A DNA stretch of 64,000 bases, taken from NCBI GenBank assembly GCA_964397255.1, contig CAYNHQ010000001.1, forward strand, positions 275,849 to 339,848, in the 5' to 3' direction. A program made the position numbers and the translations under genes. Under the pieces are notes generated by a model, which was not told the origin of the DNA, made no database searches, and saw only the letters and a list, made by a program, of their open reading frames with translations. The stretch comes from an uncultured bacterium (GTDB lineage: Bacteria; Bdellovibrionota_G; JALEGL01; DATDPG01). This document shows positions 1 to 9,535 of this stretch, piece after piece; position 1 is the stretch's first letter, and each line of letters starts with the position of its first letter.

Positions 1-1039
1 CCTTCGTTTGATTCGAAAATCGCTTTCTCATATTTTCTCTCAGGTACAGAGTTCGGATGAAACGGTCACGTCGCGATTCGGTGACATTCTAGGATCCAGT
101 CGCCTCATGCAGGATGTGTATTATCGAATCAGCCGAGCGGCGGAAACGGATTCGACGGTTTTGATCACAGGGGAAAGTGGAACGGGAAAAGAACTCGTCG
201 CCCGAGCCATTCACTTCAGCGGGTCGAGGAAATCAAAACCTTTTCTGGCCCTTAATTGCAGCGCACTTCCGGAAGGGCTTTTGGAAAGCGAACTGTTTGG
301 CCATGAAAAAGGGGCATTTACGGGTGCCGTCAAAAGCCGAGAAGGAAAATTTGAATTGGCGGAACACGGCACGCTCTTTCTCGATGAAATCGGCGAAGTC
401 GCTCCTTCAGTGCAAGTGAAGCTTCTCCGAGTTCTTCAAGATCGTGCTTTTGAGCGTGTGGGAGGCCGCGAGACACTCAATGTGGATGTTCGAATCATAG
501 CTGCGACCAATCGAGATTTGGCGACAGCGGTTCGGAATGGAAGTTTTCGTGAGGATCTTTTCTATCGTCTCAATGTCGTGACGATTCACCTTCCGCCACT
601 GCGGGATCGAAAGGAAGATGTTCCCTTGTTGATCGAACACTTTCTCTCCTCCAAATGCCGAAAGGTGGGTGCCGACGTGAAGAAACTCGCTCCTGCTGCG
701 CGAGAGCGTCTTTTGCACTATGATTATCCCGGAAACATTCGGGAGCTTGAGAATTTAATCGAGCGTGCGGTGGTCATTTCACGTGGTGAACAAATCGAGG
801 CTTCCGATCTTCCATTGGGAGGCGCGCTTTCGCAACCGTCGATGGATCAGCTTTCACTCCCAATTGAAGGTGGACTTTCAACCCTTGAGTCGATGCGCGA
901 ACGTTTGGAGCGGGACGTGATTGAGCGGGCATTGAAGCTCTATCCTGAGAAATCGAATACAGAACTTGCTGAAACGCTCGGCACCAGCCGCCGCGTCCTC
1001 GAAGCCCGCCTCAAACAATATGGACTCTCAAAGTCTTGA
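1..1039 (+). CDS. Sigma-54-dependent transcriptional activator, NtrC family, 5' partial (reading frame open to window edge)
   Basis: AAA+ sigma-54 interaction domain with Walker [16 protein letters not shown] motif and [15 protein letters not shown]; C-terminal Fis-type HTH; no start codon inside window. Confidence 0.85.
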   Translation, partial: LRLIRKSLSHIFSQVQSSDETVTSRFGDILGSSRLMQDVYYRISRAAETDSTVLITGESGTGKELVARAIHFSGSRKSKPFLALNCSALPEGLLESELFGHEKGAFTGAVKSREGKFELAEHGTLFLDEIGEVAPSVQVKLLRVLQDRAFERVGGRETLNVDVRIIAATNRDLATAVRNGSFREDLFYRLNVVTIHLPPLRDRKEDVPLLIEHFLSSKCRKVGADVKKLAPAARERLLHYDYPGNIRELENLIERAVVISRGEQIEASDLPLGGALSQPSMDQLSLPIEGGLSTLESMRERLERDVIERALKLYPEKSNTELAETLGTSRRVLEARLKQYGLSKS

Positions 1040-1074
1040 CCGGGGTGGGAAAGCCCTGATAACGGGGCGCGCTC

Positions 1075-1629
1075 ATGTTGGTTCTGTCGACACATGCGGA
1101 TACGAACTTTCTCTCTCATCGCTTGGAGCGGAGAGAAGGGGGGTACTACGGGTATCTGGATAATTTTGCGGGGGTTTACGCGACAATGCGTGCCTATTTC
1201 TCGGGAGAGATTGTAGGCGATTATGTTCGAATCGTCCTCACCGACGAAGAAGAAACGACATTCGCGGGAGCGATCAAACTTCGCAAGCAAGTCAGCCCAA
1301 ACGATCTCGTCATTGTGGTCGATGTCACGGGGATCATCGGCGATTGGGATTTCACGATTGAAAAATGCTCCGATCCTGCCAGTCAGGCCTTTGTGCGAAA
1401 GGCACTCTCTGGCTTTCGATATAAGCTTTTCGAAGACTCTCCCGATCCAATTGCTTCCGAAGATGAGGTGGACGTTTATCGAGAGAAATGCCCCCACACG
1501 TTCTTTTTAGGCCTACCCTGTGAAGGAGGGGACTACAACGTGGAAGCCGTTTTCTGTCGTGAATCCACAATCGACGCCGTTAGTCGTGCAATCATTGCTC
1601 TTGCCAAAGCCTACCCCTCTTGGGTATAG
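1075..1629 (+). CDS. Short M42/M28-family metallopeptidase-like protein (degenerate, 184 aa)
   Basis: Pattern YLDNFAG (cf. lDdRaG), TDEEETTFAGA (cf. QEEvGlrGA), DLVIVVDVT, GGDYN(EA) matches the M42 aminopeptidase core but lacks the N-terminal insertion; inference from remembered family motifs. Confidence 0.35.
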   Translation: MLVLSTHADTNFLSHRLERREGGYYGYLDNFAGVYATMRAYFSGEIVGDYVRIVLTDEEETTFAGAIKLRKQVSPNDLVIVVDVTGIIGDWDFTIEKCSDPASQAFVRKALSGFRYKLFEDSPDPIASEDEVDVYREKCPHTFFLGLPCEGGDYNVEAVFCRESTIDAVSRAIIALAKAYPSWV

Positions 1630-1644
1630 CGCTGCATCATGTCG

Positions 1645-1679
1645 CGGTCTTGCTTCCGCCCCACCACACTCCATAATCA
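1645..1679. repeat. Left copy of an imperfect ~35-bp direct repeat (GGTCTTGCTTCCGCCCCACCACACTCCATAATCAC)
   Basis: Matches 2360-2389 in about 30 of 35 positions; lies immediately 3' of the M42-like gene. Confidence 0.7.
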
Positions 1680-1744
1680 CTTGTAATATGGACAATACGT
1701 AGGTGGCTTTCGGGGATTGATATATGGTTTACAAACATATATAA

Positions 1745-1933
1745 TTAATTAACATATATCAGGATGAAAGCCGCCTTCTCCTGGTCGATAATCATGAGCC
1801 ATTTGGTTTTCATATGCACACGCGGCTACCTCATGAGAAAGATCATCGCGTGGTCTTGAATGTAAGCGACTATCGGGAGGCGCTTCGATTGTTTGAACGG
1901 GAGGCAGAAAGAATTGTCGAAAATGAAACATAA
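1745..1933 (+). pseudogene. 5'-truncated ORF remnant, possible toxin partner (DUF6516/TumE-like) of the downstream HTH gene
   Basis: Open frame from a TAA at 1742 to a TAA at 1931 encodes LLLVDNHEPFGFHMHTRLPHEKDHRVVLNVSDYREALRLFEREAERIVENET; there is no plausible ATG near the frame start; it overlaps the start of the HTH gene; similarity to DUF6516 toxins is from memory only. Confidence 0.3.
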
Positions 1934-2333
1934 CCACGTTCTAGAAATTCACTTTAAAAATCGCAAGAACTTTTTTAAGGAAGTCTCGCACGCGTTCTCA
2001 AAGAGGGAGCCACTCCTTCAACCTAAACACCAGATCTTTTTCGAGTCGGTATCGACTTTCCGAAACTTCATGACTATTCAGAAAATTGAGATCTTAACGA
2101 CCATTGCGACTCAAAAACCGTCCTCGATTTACGAGCTTGCCAAACTGGTCGATCGCGACTTTGCCGCCGTGCTTCGGGATTGCACAAGCCTAAAGGGAAC
2201 GGGATTTATCAAATTACAAGCAACGAAAGGGACGAAACGAACCAAGATTCCTAGACTGGCTTTTGATTATGTTGCGATAGCGATTGAATTGCCTCACAGC
2301 CCCTATCAAATTGAATTCAAGCATGCGGCTTAA
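1893..2333 (+). CDS. HTH DNA-binding protein (MarR/HVO_A0114-like, antitoxin-like); ATG at 1923 is the more likely start
   Basis: Winged-helix-like segment MTIQKIEILTTIATQKPSSIYELAKLVDRDFAAVLRDCTSLKGTGFIKL; small size; position downstream of a toxin-like remnant. Confidence 0.45.
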   Translation: MNGRQKELSKMKHNHVLEIHFKNRKNFFKEVSHAFSKREPLLQPKHQIFFESVSTFRNFMTIQKIEILTTIATQKPSSIYELAKLVDRDFAAVLRDCTSLKGTGFIKLQATKGTKRTKIPRLAFDYVAIAIELPHSPYQIEFKHAA

Positions 2334-2359
2334 ACATTCCCGAAAAGGACTCTTCTCTC

Positions 2360-2389
2360 GGTCTTGCTTCCCCACCATCACTAATCACC
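2360..2389. repeat. Right copy of the imperfect direct repeat (GGTCTTGCTTCCCCACCATCACTAATCACC)
   Basis: Pairs with 1645-1679; lies immediately 3' of the minus-strand purD-like gene (stop codon at 2394). Confidence 0.7.
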
Positions 2390-2393
2390 CTAT

Positions 2394-3686
2394 TTAGGTC
2401 AAATAGCCCCAGGTGTGGAGGAGATCGCTGTCTTTCGTCCAGCGAAGGCCGATGTCGGTTCGGTAAAACATGTTGGGAATTAAAATGTTTTTAATTCGTT
2501 GGTAGGCTTCTTTTCGCGCGGTTTCCATCGTCGTGCCCGAACCGGTGACAACGAGCGCATACCCGCTGCTACCCGCGAGCACCCAGTCACTGCCGACAAT
2601 CCGTACATCGCCCGGATGAATTCCCTCATTCATCGGTTTTCGAAAAATAATCGGCGCATCTCCCGCATATTTTTCGAACGTATCTTTGTCGGTGAAAGGA
2701 AAGGGAGGGACAGCGATAATCACGCCGATTTGAAATCCCTTTTTTACTTTTAATGGATATTGCTGCCCCGAAGCCATGGCGTATAAAAAATCAGACCAGC
2801 GGGATTGGATTCCTTCGATCTGAATATTGATGGTGGGATAACCGAAGCGTGTCGTGAATTCGAGTGGATAAATTCCCCGGCCATTAGCCATGCAATTGAC
2901 GTCGATGTAACCGACATATTTATTTTCTCGCAAGCGGTCCGTCATTTTTGCCAGAGTTGATCGAAAGACCTGGTTGTCCGACGCCCAAAACATCGAGGTT
3001 CCCATTTCACCCGTAGAGGGCCCGATTTCATCGTTGAACATTCGTTTATGTTCAAAATTGATACAGGCCGGAAGAATAAAATCATTGCCATTAAAAAAGG
3101 CGCCCACAGCAATTTCCACACCCGAAGCGAATTTCTGAAGTTGAAAACTCTTGATCTTTGTCCCCCAGGTTTTTTTGTAATGCTCGAGCATTTGAACAAT
3201 ATCTTCTCCGGCCTCTTCCTGTCCGACGTAGGAGAGAACTTTATCGTTTTGAGCCTTGCCGCTCGGTTTAACGACATAGCGATTCGGATTGACCCGGACA
3301 TACTCAATGGCCGCATCGAACGTACTGAAGTCGGCGGAGGGGAGAGTCGTCATCCCCACTCGTTTCATCTCATCCTGGCCGAAGTCACGATCGAGTTCGA
3401 GTTGATCTCCGTAAGTGGATCCGCCTACCACCCATTTTCCTGCTTTTCGTAATTTATCGGCATGTGATCCGAAACCGACATCGTCAAAAACGATCACATC
3501 CGCCCATTCGAATCCCAATTCCAACGTTTCGCACTTTTCAACGAAACCGTCGGCGACAGATCGTTCCCCTTTTGTGTGGATGTAATATTTCACGGCGCTT
3601 CCTTCTTTTGCGACCGTCCAAGCAAGGTCATGAATGAGGCCGTCGTGGGAAACGAAAAGGAACTTCCGTGAACTTTCGCCGTTCAC
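2394..3686 (-). CDS. purD: Phosphoribosylamine--glycine ligase-like ATP-grasp protein (PurD family, divergent)
   Basis: N-terminus KFLFVSHDGLIHDLAWTV (cf. GGREHALAWKL), YVVKPSGKAQ, HKRMFNDEIGPSTGEMGT (cf. DHKR..D.D.GPNTGGMG), EFTTRFGYP (cf. EFNCRFGDPE), RTDIGLRW; 430 aa. Confidence 0.55.
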   Translation of the reverse strand: MNGESSRKFLFVSHDGLIHDLAWTVAKEGSAVKYYIHTKGERSVADGFVEKCETLELGFEWADVIVFDDVGFGSHADKLRKAGKWVVGGSTYGDQLELDRDFGQDEMKRVGMTTLPSADFSTFDAAIEYVRVNPNRYVVKPSGKAQNDKVLSYVGQEEAGEDIVQMLEHYKKTWGTKIKSFQLQKFASGVEIAVGAFFNGNDFILPACINFEHKRMFNDEIGPSTGEMGTSMFWASDNQVFRSTLAKMTDRLRENKYVGYIDVNCMANGRGIYPLEFTTRFGYPTINIQIEGIQSRWSDFLYAMASGQQYPLKVKKGFQIGVIIAVPPFPFTDKDTFEKYAGDAPIIFRKPMNEGIHPGDVRIVGSDWVLAGSSGYALVVTGSGTTMETARKEAYQRIKNILIPNMFYRTDIGLRWTKDSDLLHTWGYLT

Positions 3687-3798
3687 AAGTGAAGTGTCTC
3701 AAAAAAGGGAGCCGGATGACAAGAGAAGAGTGAATCTATCCCCCCAATTTTCAACGGTTTTTCATGAATTGAACCTCGGAGGCCTTTCTGTTAGTTTC

Positions 3799-3821
3799 CT
3801 CGCCCTCGGAAAATGGCGAGG
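3799..3821. promoter_or_regulatory. Inverted repeat CCTCGCC-N9-GGCGAGG in the pckA leader and divergent promoter region
   Basis: Perfect 7-bp arms seen directly; an overlapping alternative pairing CCCTCG/CGAGGG also exists; about 20 nt upstream of the AAGGA Shine-Dalgarno and ATG. Confidence 0.3.
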
Positions 3822-3829
3822 GAAGGGGT

Positions 3830-5356
3830 TTGAAAGGATTGAACATGTCTGAATTCAAGGCGGTGCCCAAAGCAAAGGAAGTCATTCGAGGAGTCGGTCG
3901 CCCCGAACTTCGTACTCTGGCCAAAGGTGACGAGACCACGACCGAATATGGAAGCGCGTCGTATGTAACCCGAATCAAATCCCGAAGCGCCGCCTTCACA
4001 CGAAACACGGTGGAGAATCAAGTCACCGATGATGATCGCAAGGTGATCCGCGAAATTCAAGAGTATCTCAAAGGTGAAACTGTTATTGAAGTGGATCGGC
4101 AGATGTGCCAGGGCCCTGTTTCTGGCGCCTATGCCTGTCGGCTGTGGGTGACGAAACCGTACGCTCGTTTGGCCCATATGTTTCACGCGAGTCTTGGGCC
4201 TCAACAGGGGACCAAAGAGCCCGATATGTTTGTGATCGACGTTCCGGAATTCAAGGGAGAGAAACGGATATTGGTGGATCCCGATGCGGGCGTCACCTAT
4301 GTCTTGGGGTCGGATTACTACGGCGAAATCAAAAAAGCATTTCTTCGTATGACCATGTATCGAGGGAAAATGCAGGGAGGTCTAGGCCTTCATGCCGGCT
4401 CCAAAGAAGTATGGGCAAAGAGTCGGAAGACAGGAAAAATCGAGCGCTCGGGAATGCTCTTTTTCGGGCTTTCCGGCACGGGGAAAACAAGTTTGACCTG
4501 CCACGACTACGACATGAATGAGGGAGCGGGGGAATACTGCCGAGTTCGTCAGGATGATGTGGTGATTTTAAAGAAAGATGGTTCAGCACGCGGAACCGAG
4601 ATCGAAGGTTTTTATATCAAAACCGAAGATCTCAATCCGAAAGATCAAAAAGCGCTCTATTACGCCTGTGTTTCGCCTGATGCCGTTTTTGAAAACGTTT
4701 ATGTCGAGCCGTCGGGGAAAGTCGATTTTTATAATCCATCGATTTCAAAAAACGGGCGCGCCGTTGTATCAGTTCGAAAGGTCGTAAACACCGACGGCGA
4801 TATCGACCTTCCTCTAGCGAATAAAATCTTTTTTATTACCCGTAATCCTTTGGTTCCTCCTATCGCCCGCTTGACGCCTGAACAAGCGGCGGTTGCCTTC
4901 ATGCTGGGTGAATCGATTAAAACTGCTGCCGCTGATCCAAATGCAAAAGGCGAGGCGGTTCGCGAAGTCGGAACGAATCCCTTTATCGTTGGATCGGAAG
5001 ATGAGGAGGGAAATCGATTTTACGAAATTTTGCGAGCCAATCCTAAAATGGAATGTTTCCTTCTCAATTCAGGAAAAGTAGGAGAAGGGGAAAAAGCTCG
5101 GAAAATCGGGATTCTTGAAACCGTGGCGATCCTTCGCGCGGTCGCGCGCGACGCCATTGCTTGGAAAAAAGATGTTCTCCTCCGCTTTGAAGTTCCGACT
5201 TCGGTGGAAGGGATCCGAATTGAAGATTTTTCCTTTGGTCAATTTTGGAGCCCTTCAGAACTCCAATCCAGACTTGAGTGGCTTCGAAGCGAACGAAAGA
5301 AATGGCTCGACGGATTCCCTAAACTCAATAAGACTCTTCTGGAAGCCCTTTACTAG
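3830..5356 (+). CDS. pckA: Phosphoenolpyruvate carboxykinase (ATP-dependent), divergent
   Basis: Kinase-1a motif LFFGLSGTGKTSLTCHD (cf. FFGLSGTGKTTLSTD); 508 aa; region ACRLWVTKPYARLAHMFHASL resembles the PckA core. Confidence 0.6.
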   Translation: MKGLNMSEFKAVPKAKEVIRGVGRPELRTLAKGDETTTEYGSASYVTRIKSRSAAFTRNTVENQVTDDDRKVIREIQEYLKGETVIEVDRQMCQGPVSGAYACRLWVTKPYARLAHMFHASLGPQQGTKEPDMFVIDVPEFKGEKRILVDPDAGVTYVLGSDYYGEIKKAFLRMTMYRGKMQGGLGLHAGSKEVWAKSRKTGKIERSGMLFFGLSGTGKTSLTCHDYDMNEGAGEYCRVRQDDVVILKKDGSARGTEIEGFYIKTEDLNPKDQKALYYACVSPDAVFENVYVEPSGKVDFYNPSISKNGRAVVSVRKVVNTDGDIDLPLANKIFFITRNPLVPPIARLTPEQAAVAFMLGESIKTAAADPNAKGEAVREVGTNPFIVGSEDEEGNRFYEILRANPKMECFLLNSGKVGEGEKARKIGILETVAILRAVARDAIAWKKDVLLRFEVPTSVEGIRIEDFSFGQFWSPSELQSRLEWLRSERKKWLDGFPKLNKTLLEALY

Positions 5357-5362
5357 GAATTC

Positions 5363-6376
5363 ATGGCGGAATCTGTGAGTGGAAAGCGAAGCCTCGAGGG
5401 GAGTTCTAAAACAGCTCACACCTCGGCCTTCAAATTGATCAAGGAGTCTCTTCTTCCGAAGACGATTTTTTTAACTGTGGGTTTGCCTAAAGACGCCTTT
5501 GGTTCAGTCGATGTGACGAATCGTTGCAATCTCCGATGCAAACATTGTTACTTCTATGAGCAGGATGTGCCCGCTGAATCTACGGACGAAGAATGGCTCG
5601 CCCGGTTTGAAGAGATGGGAAAGGGATGGAATCGAACTCGCTCAGTGACGTGGATCGGCGGAGAGCCGTTGCTTCGAAAGCATCTTATCGAGGCCGGTAA
5701 AAAATATTTTGATCATAATTTGATTGTCACCAATGGGTTGATCCCTCTTCCCGATTGGAAAGACGTTCATTTTCATGTCTCGATTGACGGGGATGAAGAA
5801 GCGCACGAGCGGCAACGAAATCAAAAAGGAATTTATCGGGAGATCATGAAAAATGTGGACCGGCCCGATCTCGATGTTTCGATCGCCTACTGTGTATCTT
5901 CGCTGAACGTTCATTGTATTGAGAAAGTGTTGGAAGAGTGGCGGACCATTGGCGTGAAAGGATTCCTTTTTAGTTTCTATACGCCGATTGAGTCGATTCG
6001 AGACCCTCTCTTTCCGGGTTGGGAGTCCCGCGATCGGATCATCGATCGCCTAATCGAGCTTAAAGAAACAAAATACGGCGATTACATTCTCAATGAACCC
6101 CGTGTCCTGGAATTAATGAAGCAAAAGAACTCAAAGAAAGTCACCGACAACTGCCTTTTTACCACCAAAGGTTTTTCCCTCGATCCGGTAGGGAAACGGA
6201 AGGAGAAATGCATGATGGGAGCGAAAGCCGATTGCGATAAATGCGGCTGCATCGTTCCGTTTTATCTTCATTGGCGGAGTGAAAAGCGAAAGATCGTGAG
6301 CGAGATGGCGCAAGACCTCGCTTCCTATATGTCCTCCCGCGTCCGACATCTCTTTGGAACTGCCAACGCGAACTGA
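5363..6376 (+). CDS. Radical SAM protein with a Cys-rich SPASM/twitch-like C-terminus
   Basis: CNLRCKHCYF (CX3CX2C), GGEPLL motif, C-terminal CMMGAKADCDKCGC cysteine cluster. Confidence 0.75.
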   Translation: MAESVSGKRSLEGSSKTAHTSAFKLIKESLLPKTIFLTVGLPKDAFGSVDVTNRCNLRCKHCYFYEQDVPAESTDEEWLARFEEMGKGWNRTRSVTWIGGEPLLRKHLIEAGKKYFDHNLIVTNGLIPLPDWKDVHFHVSIDGDEEAHERQRNQKGIYREIMKNVDRPDLDVSIAYCVSSLNVHCIEKVLEEWRTIGVKGFLFSFYTPIESIRDPLFPGWESRDRIIDRLIELKETKYGDYILNEPRVLELMKQKNSKKVTDNCLFTTKGFSLDPVGKRKEKCMMGAKADCDKCGCIVPFYLHWRSEKRKIVSEMAQDLASYMSSRVRHLFGTANAN

Positions 6377-6377
6377 T

Positions 6378-7244
6378 TTATATACTCTGTGCAGTTGCGA
6401 TGTGTGGCTTGGGTTCGAATCGAATCACACGATTTCGACCGGAGCGTTTCGCGTCGTAAAGAGCGTCATCGGCGATCTCAAGTAGAATTTTTCCCGCAGG
6501 ATCATCCATTGATTTAGGGATGTCATGTATCGAAGCGACGCCCGCGCTGAGCGTAACTTTGGTTTCAATGCCCCGATAGGCAAAGGGATGTTTCTCGACC
6601 TCTTGGCGAAGGCGTTCGGCGAATTTCATGGCATCGCCCACATTCGTTTGGGTCAAAATAAATGAAAATTCCTCTCCTCCCGTTCGTGCTACATAATCCG
6701 TCTCGCGCCGGCTCGCGGCAAAAATTTGGCCGAGCTCGTGGAGAACATAATCGCCGAACAAATGTCCGTGTGTGTCGTTAATTTTCTTAAAAAAATCGAT
6801 GTCAACCAAGATGACGCAGAGATCGAGGTCGTAACGTCGCGCGCGCTTGAATTCGAGGCTCAAAACCTCATGTAAACGGAAGTAGTTCGCAAGCCCCGTG
6901 AGTCGATCCGTAATCGAAAGTCGAGAGAGTTGCCGATTCTTTATGGAGAGGAGACGGCGTTGAACGAGAAGCTTTAGGTTGTGTTCAAAGAGCCGATCAT
7001 CCCGTAACCCCAGCGCAAATCCGCAAAGCACCAGGCAAACTGCCGCGCCGAGATTCATGTAGGCATAGAGAAACCAATTTCCCAGCAATTCATGCACAAG
7101 AGTCGAAAAGATGGAAAAGGGAGAGGTAAAAAAGGGCGGGACCATTCGAACGATGAGCCAACCCAAGGGCGCCGAGAGAGACAAAAGGAGTCCCACCATC
7201 GGGTAGAGGTACCGTTTGGGCCGGTTGTGTTTTCTACGTTCCAC
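6378..7244 (-). CDS. Membrane-anchored diguanylate cyclase (GGDEF domain)
   Basis: N-terminal TM segments; RLTGLANYFR, DIDFFKKINDTHGH, GGEEF active-site motif. Confidence 0.85.
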   Translation of the reverse strand: MERRKHNRPKRYLYPMVGLLLSLSAPLGWLIVRMVPPFFTSPFSIFSTLVHELLGNWFLYAYMNLGAAVCLVLCGFALGLRDDRLFEHNLKLLVQRRLLSIKNRQLSRLSITDRLTGLANYFRLHEVLSLEFKRARRYDLDLCVILVDIDFFKKINDTHGHLFGDYVLHELGQIFAASRRETDYVARTGGEEFSFILTQTNVGDAMKFAERLRQEVEKHPFAYRGIETKVTLSAGVASIHDIPKSMDDPAGKILLEIADDALYDAKRSGRNRVIRFEPKPHIATAQSI

Positions 7245-7349
7245 GATGGCTGGAAAACTACTCTAGCTTCATGGGAAGCGAAAGAGGGAGATTTGGGTTG
7301 ACTTTTCAAGGGTTAGACATAAAACCGGGAGAGGAAACGGGGCCTTATA

Positions 7350-8843
7350 TTGGTCCCGTTTTTGTTCGAGCTTTGGATGATGATGATGAAATCGAATGCC
7401 TTTTATGGGGTGATTTTTCCTCTTTTATTCGCCCTCACTACTTCGGTTTACGGAGAGGTGACGCCCACTCCTTCGCCGACACCGACGAGCCCCGCCCCCG
7501 TTCCCTCACCCCCTCCACTGACCATGCAACAAGAAAAACCGGAGGTGCTGGTACTTAATCTTGAAGGTTGTCTGCAGCGGGCGCTCGCATCTTCCCCTGA
7601 AATTGAAGCCGCGGAATTTGAAAAAGAAGTGGCTCAATCCAAATATTCACAGGCCTCAAATTCCTATTTTCTTCCCGACGTGAATCTTCGAGTGCTGGGA
7701 GGGCCGGTTCCCAACGTTCCCAACGGTTCCGGTCCCGAAGGAAATTTTCCCAGCGTCGATACCAGTTTCACCGATCTGGGTCCCTTTCTGAAGGTTCGAG
7801 TCGAGGCGATTCAGCCGCTCTTCGCGTTCGGCAAACTCTCTAATTTGAAAAAAGCCGCAGCGCATGGAGTGGAAGCCAGGCAGGCAGGAGAATCAGCGGC
7901 CCGAAATCTATTGGCACGTGAAGTGAAGGTCCTCTATGCGGGGTTGACCTACCTTTATAGCCTTCAGGATTTTGTTCGTGAGCTTCTCGATCGCGCAGGG
8001 AAAGCGAGAGAGCAGGCGCAGGAAAAAATAAAACAACATTCAGCTCAGGTGACAGAAATCGACCTGATGCGTTTGGATGTGTTTGATGCAGAAATTCGAA
8101 GGCGTTCGGTAGAAGTGGATAACGGCATCGACCAGGCGCTTAAAGCCATGGCTGTATTAACAGGAGTTGGATCAAGCCAACCGATCGACATCGTGGACAA
8201 AGAGATGAAATTTCGTGAAGTCCATTTCCAACCTGTAGAAGAATATCTGCATATGGCGGAAGCCACGCGGCCCGAATTGAAGCAATTGTCGGAAGCTGTG
8301 GCTGTGCGAAAGGCGCTGTATGAATCACAACGCGCGGATTATTACCCCTTCTTTTTTCTCGGCGGATTTTACGAATATGCGAAAGCGCCCGGCCGGGAGG
8401 ATGTTGATAATCCATTCCTCGTGGATGAATTCAACAACAATACCGGTGGAGGAGCTATCGGCCTGCAGCAAAAACTGAGCTTTCACATGACCCATTCGCG
8501 AGTGGAAGAGGAAAAGGCGGAATATCTCAAAGCGCTTGCCCAACAAAAGGCGGTATGGCGAGGTGTGGAACTCGATATCCGAAATGCCTATTCAAAATTG
8601 ATCACCGGGCGCGACTCCGTTGAAATTACTCGATCCGGCTTGAAAGCAGGGCGCAGTTGGGTGACCGCCACCACACTTAATTTCGGAATCGGCCTCGTTC
8701 CGGTTAAAGACCTCTTAGAAGCGTTTGTAGCTTATACGAAAGTGAAAGCCTCTTTCCTTGAGACAGTAAATGATTATGATGTGGCCCTGGCGGATCTTTC
8801 ACGGGCAGTAGGAAGAGAAGTAATGGAATTGAGGTTTCGGTGA
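7350..8843 (+). CDS. TolC-family outer-membrane efflux protein
   Basis: Signal peptide, Pro/Thr-rich linker, LEGCLQRALASSPEIEAAEFE-type OEP repeats, ~500 aa. Confidence 0.6.
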   Translation: MVPFLFELWMMMMKSNAFYGVIFPLLFALTTSVYGEVTPTPSPTPTSPAPVPSPPPLTMQQEKPEVLVLNLEGCLQRALASSPEIEAAEFEKEVAQSKYSQASNSYFLPDVNLRVLGGPVPNVPNGSGPEGNFPSVDTSFTDLGPFLKVRVEAIQPLFAFGKLSNLKKAAAHGVEARQAGESAARNLLAREVKVLYAGLTYLYSLQDFVRELLDRAGKAREQAQEKIKQHSAQVTEIDLMRLDVFDAEIRRRSVEVDNGIDQALKAMAVLTGVGSSQPIDIVDKEMKFREVHFQPVEEYLHMAEATRPELKQLSEAVAVRKALYESQRADYYPFFFLGGFYEYAKAPGREDVDNPFLVDEFNNNTGGGAIGLQQKLSFHMTHSRVEEEKAEYLKALAQQKAVWRGVELDIRNAYSKLITGRDSVEITRSGLKAGRSWVTATTLNFGIGLVPVKDLLEAFVAYTKVKASFLETVNDYDVALADLSRAVGREVMELRFR

Positions 8844-9535
8844 CCGAACCGGCGACGGACGAATCGCAATATAAAATAGAGCAAAACCAAATTCTCCTGA
8901 AAGCCGAAATTAAGGAGTGGTGGGTGACACGCGTGATGCGCCCGGTAGAGCATTTTTGTATCAAGCATCAGGTCTCCCCGAATTTTATTACCTATACGGG
9001 ACTCTTTTTTTGTTTTCTGTGTGGAATTCTGTATGCGAACGGAAAGTTTCTTACGGCCGGGTGGATGGTTCTTCTGGCCGGGAGCTTGGATTTTCTGGAT
9101 GGGCGTGTGGCACGGGCGACCAACCGGGTGACGGCACAGGGATCGTTTCTTGATACGGTTGCGGATCGCTATCAAGATTTTTTCCTGTTGGCGGGTTTGG
9201 CCGTTTATTTCCGAGATAGTCCCATATTGTTGGTGGCGCTTTTGGCAGTGGGGGGCGCCTCGTTTGTCCCTTACGTAAAAGCGGCGGCCGAAATTCGTGG
9301 GATTGACCTCTCACGCGTGGGAGCCATGCAGCGTCCGGAGCGAATTTTTACCCTCGGATTCGGATCCATTGTCAGTTCCATTTTTCAGATTTCACTCATG
9401 CCGTTTTATGGCAAAGGAAACCCCCCGCCTCAACATCTGTTGATCACGGTGATTTTGCTTTTGGCGGTGGCATCCAATCTTACGGCGATCAGAAGAATTC
9501 AATATACGATGAAAGCCTTGGAGGAAAAAAAATGA
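8840..9535 (+). CDS. CDP-alcohol phosphatidyltransferase family protein
   Basis: Motif DFLDGRVARATNRVTAQGSFLDTVADRYQD (D-G-x2-A-R...G-x3-D-x3-D); multiple TM segments; GTGA overlap with the upstream stop codon. Confidence 0.8.
   Translation: MTEPATDESQYKIEQNQILLKAEIKEWWVTRVMRPVEHFCIKHQVSPNFITYTGLFFCFLCGILYANGKFLTAGWMVLLAGSLDFLDGRVARATNRVTAQGSFLDTVADRYQDFFLLAGLAVYFRDSPILLVALLAVGGASFVPYVKAAAEIRGIDLSRVGAMQRPERIFTLGFGSIVSSIFQISLMPFYGKGNPPPQHLLITVILLLAVASNLTAIRRIQYTMKALEEKK

Noticed and set aside
177-1497. Several 60-185-aa ORFs overlapping the sigma-54 activator and M42-like genes on either strand
   Set aside because: They overlap well-supported genes in alternative frames and have no motifs.
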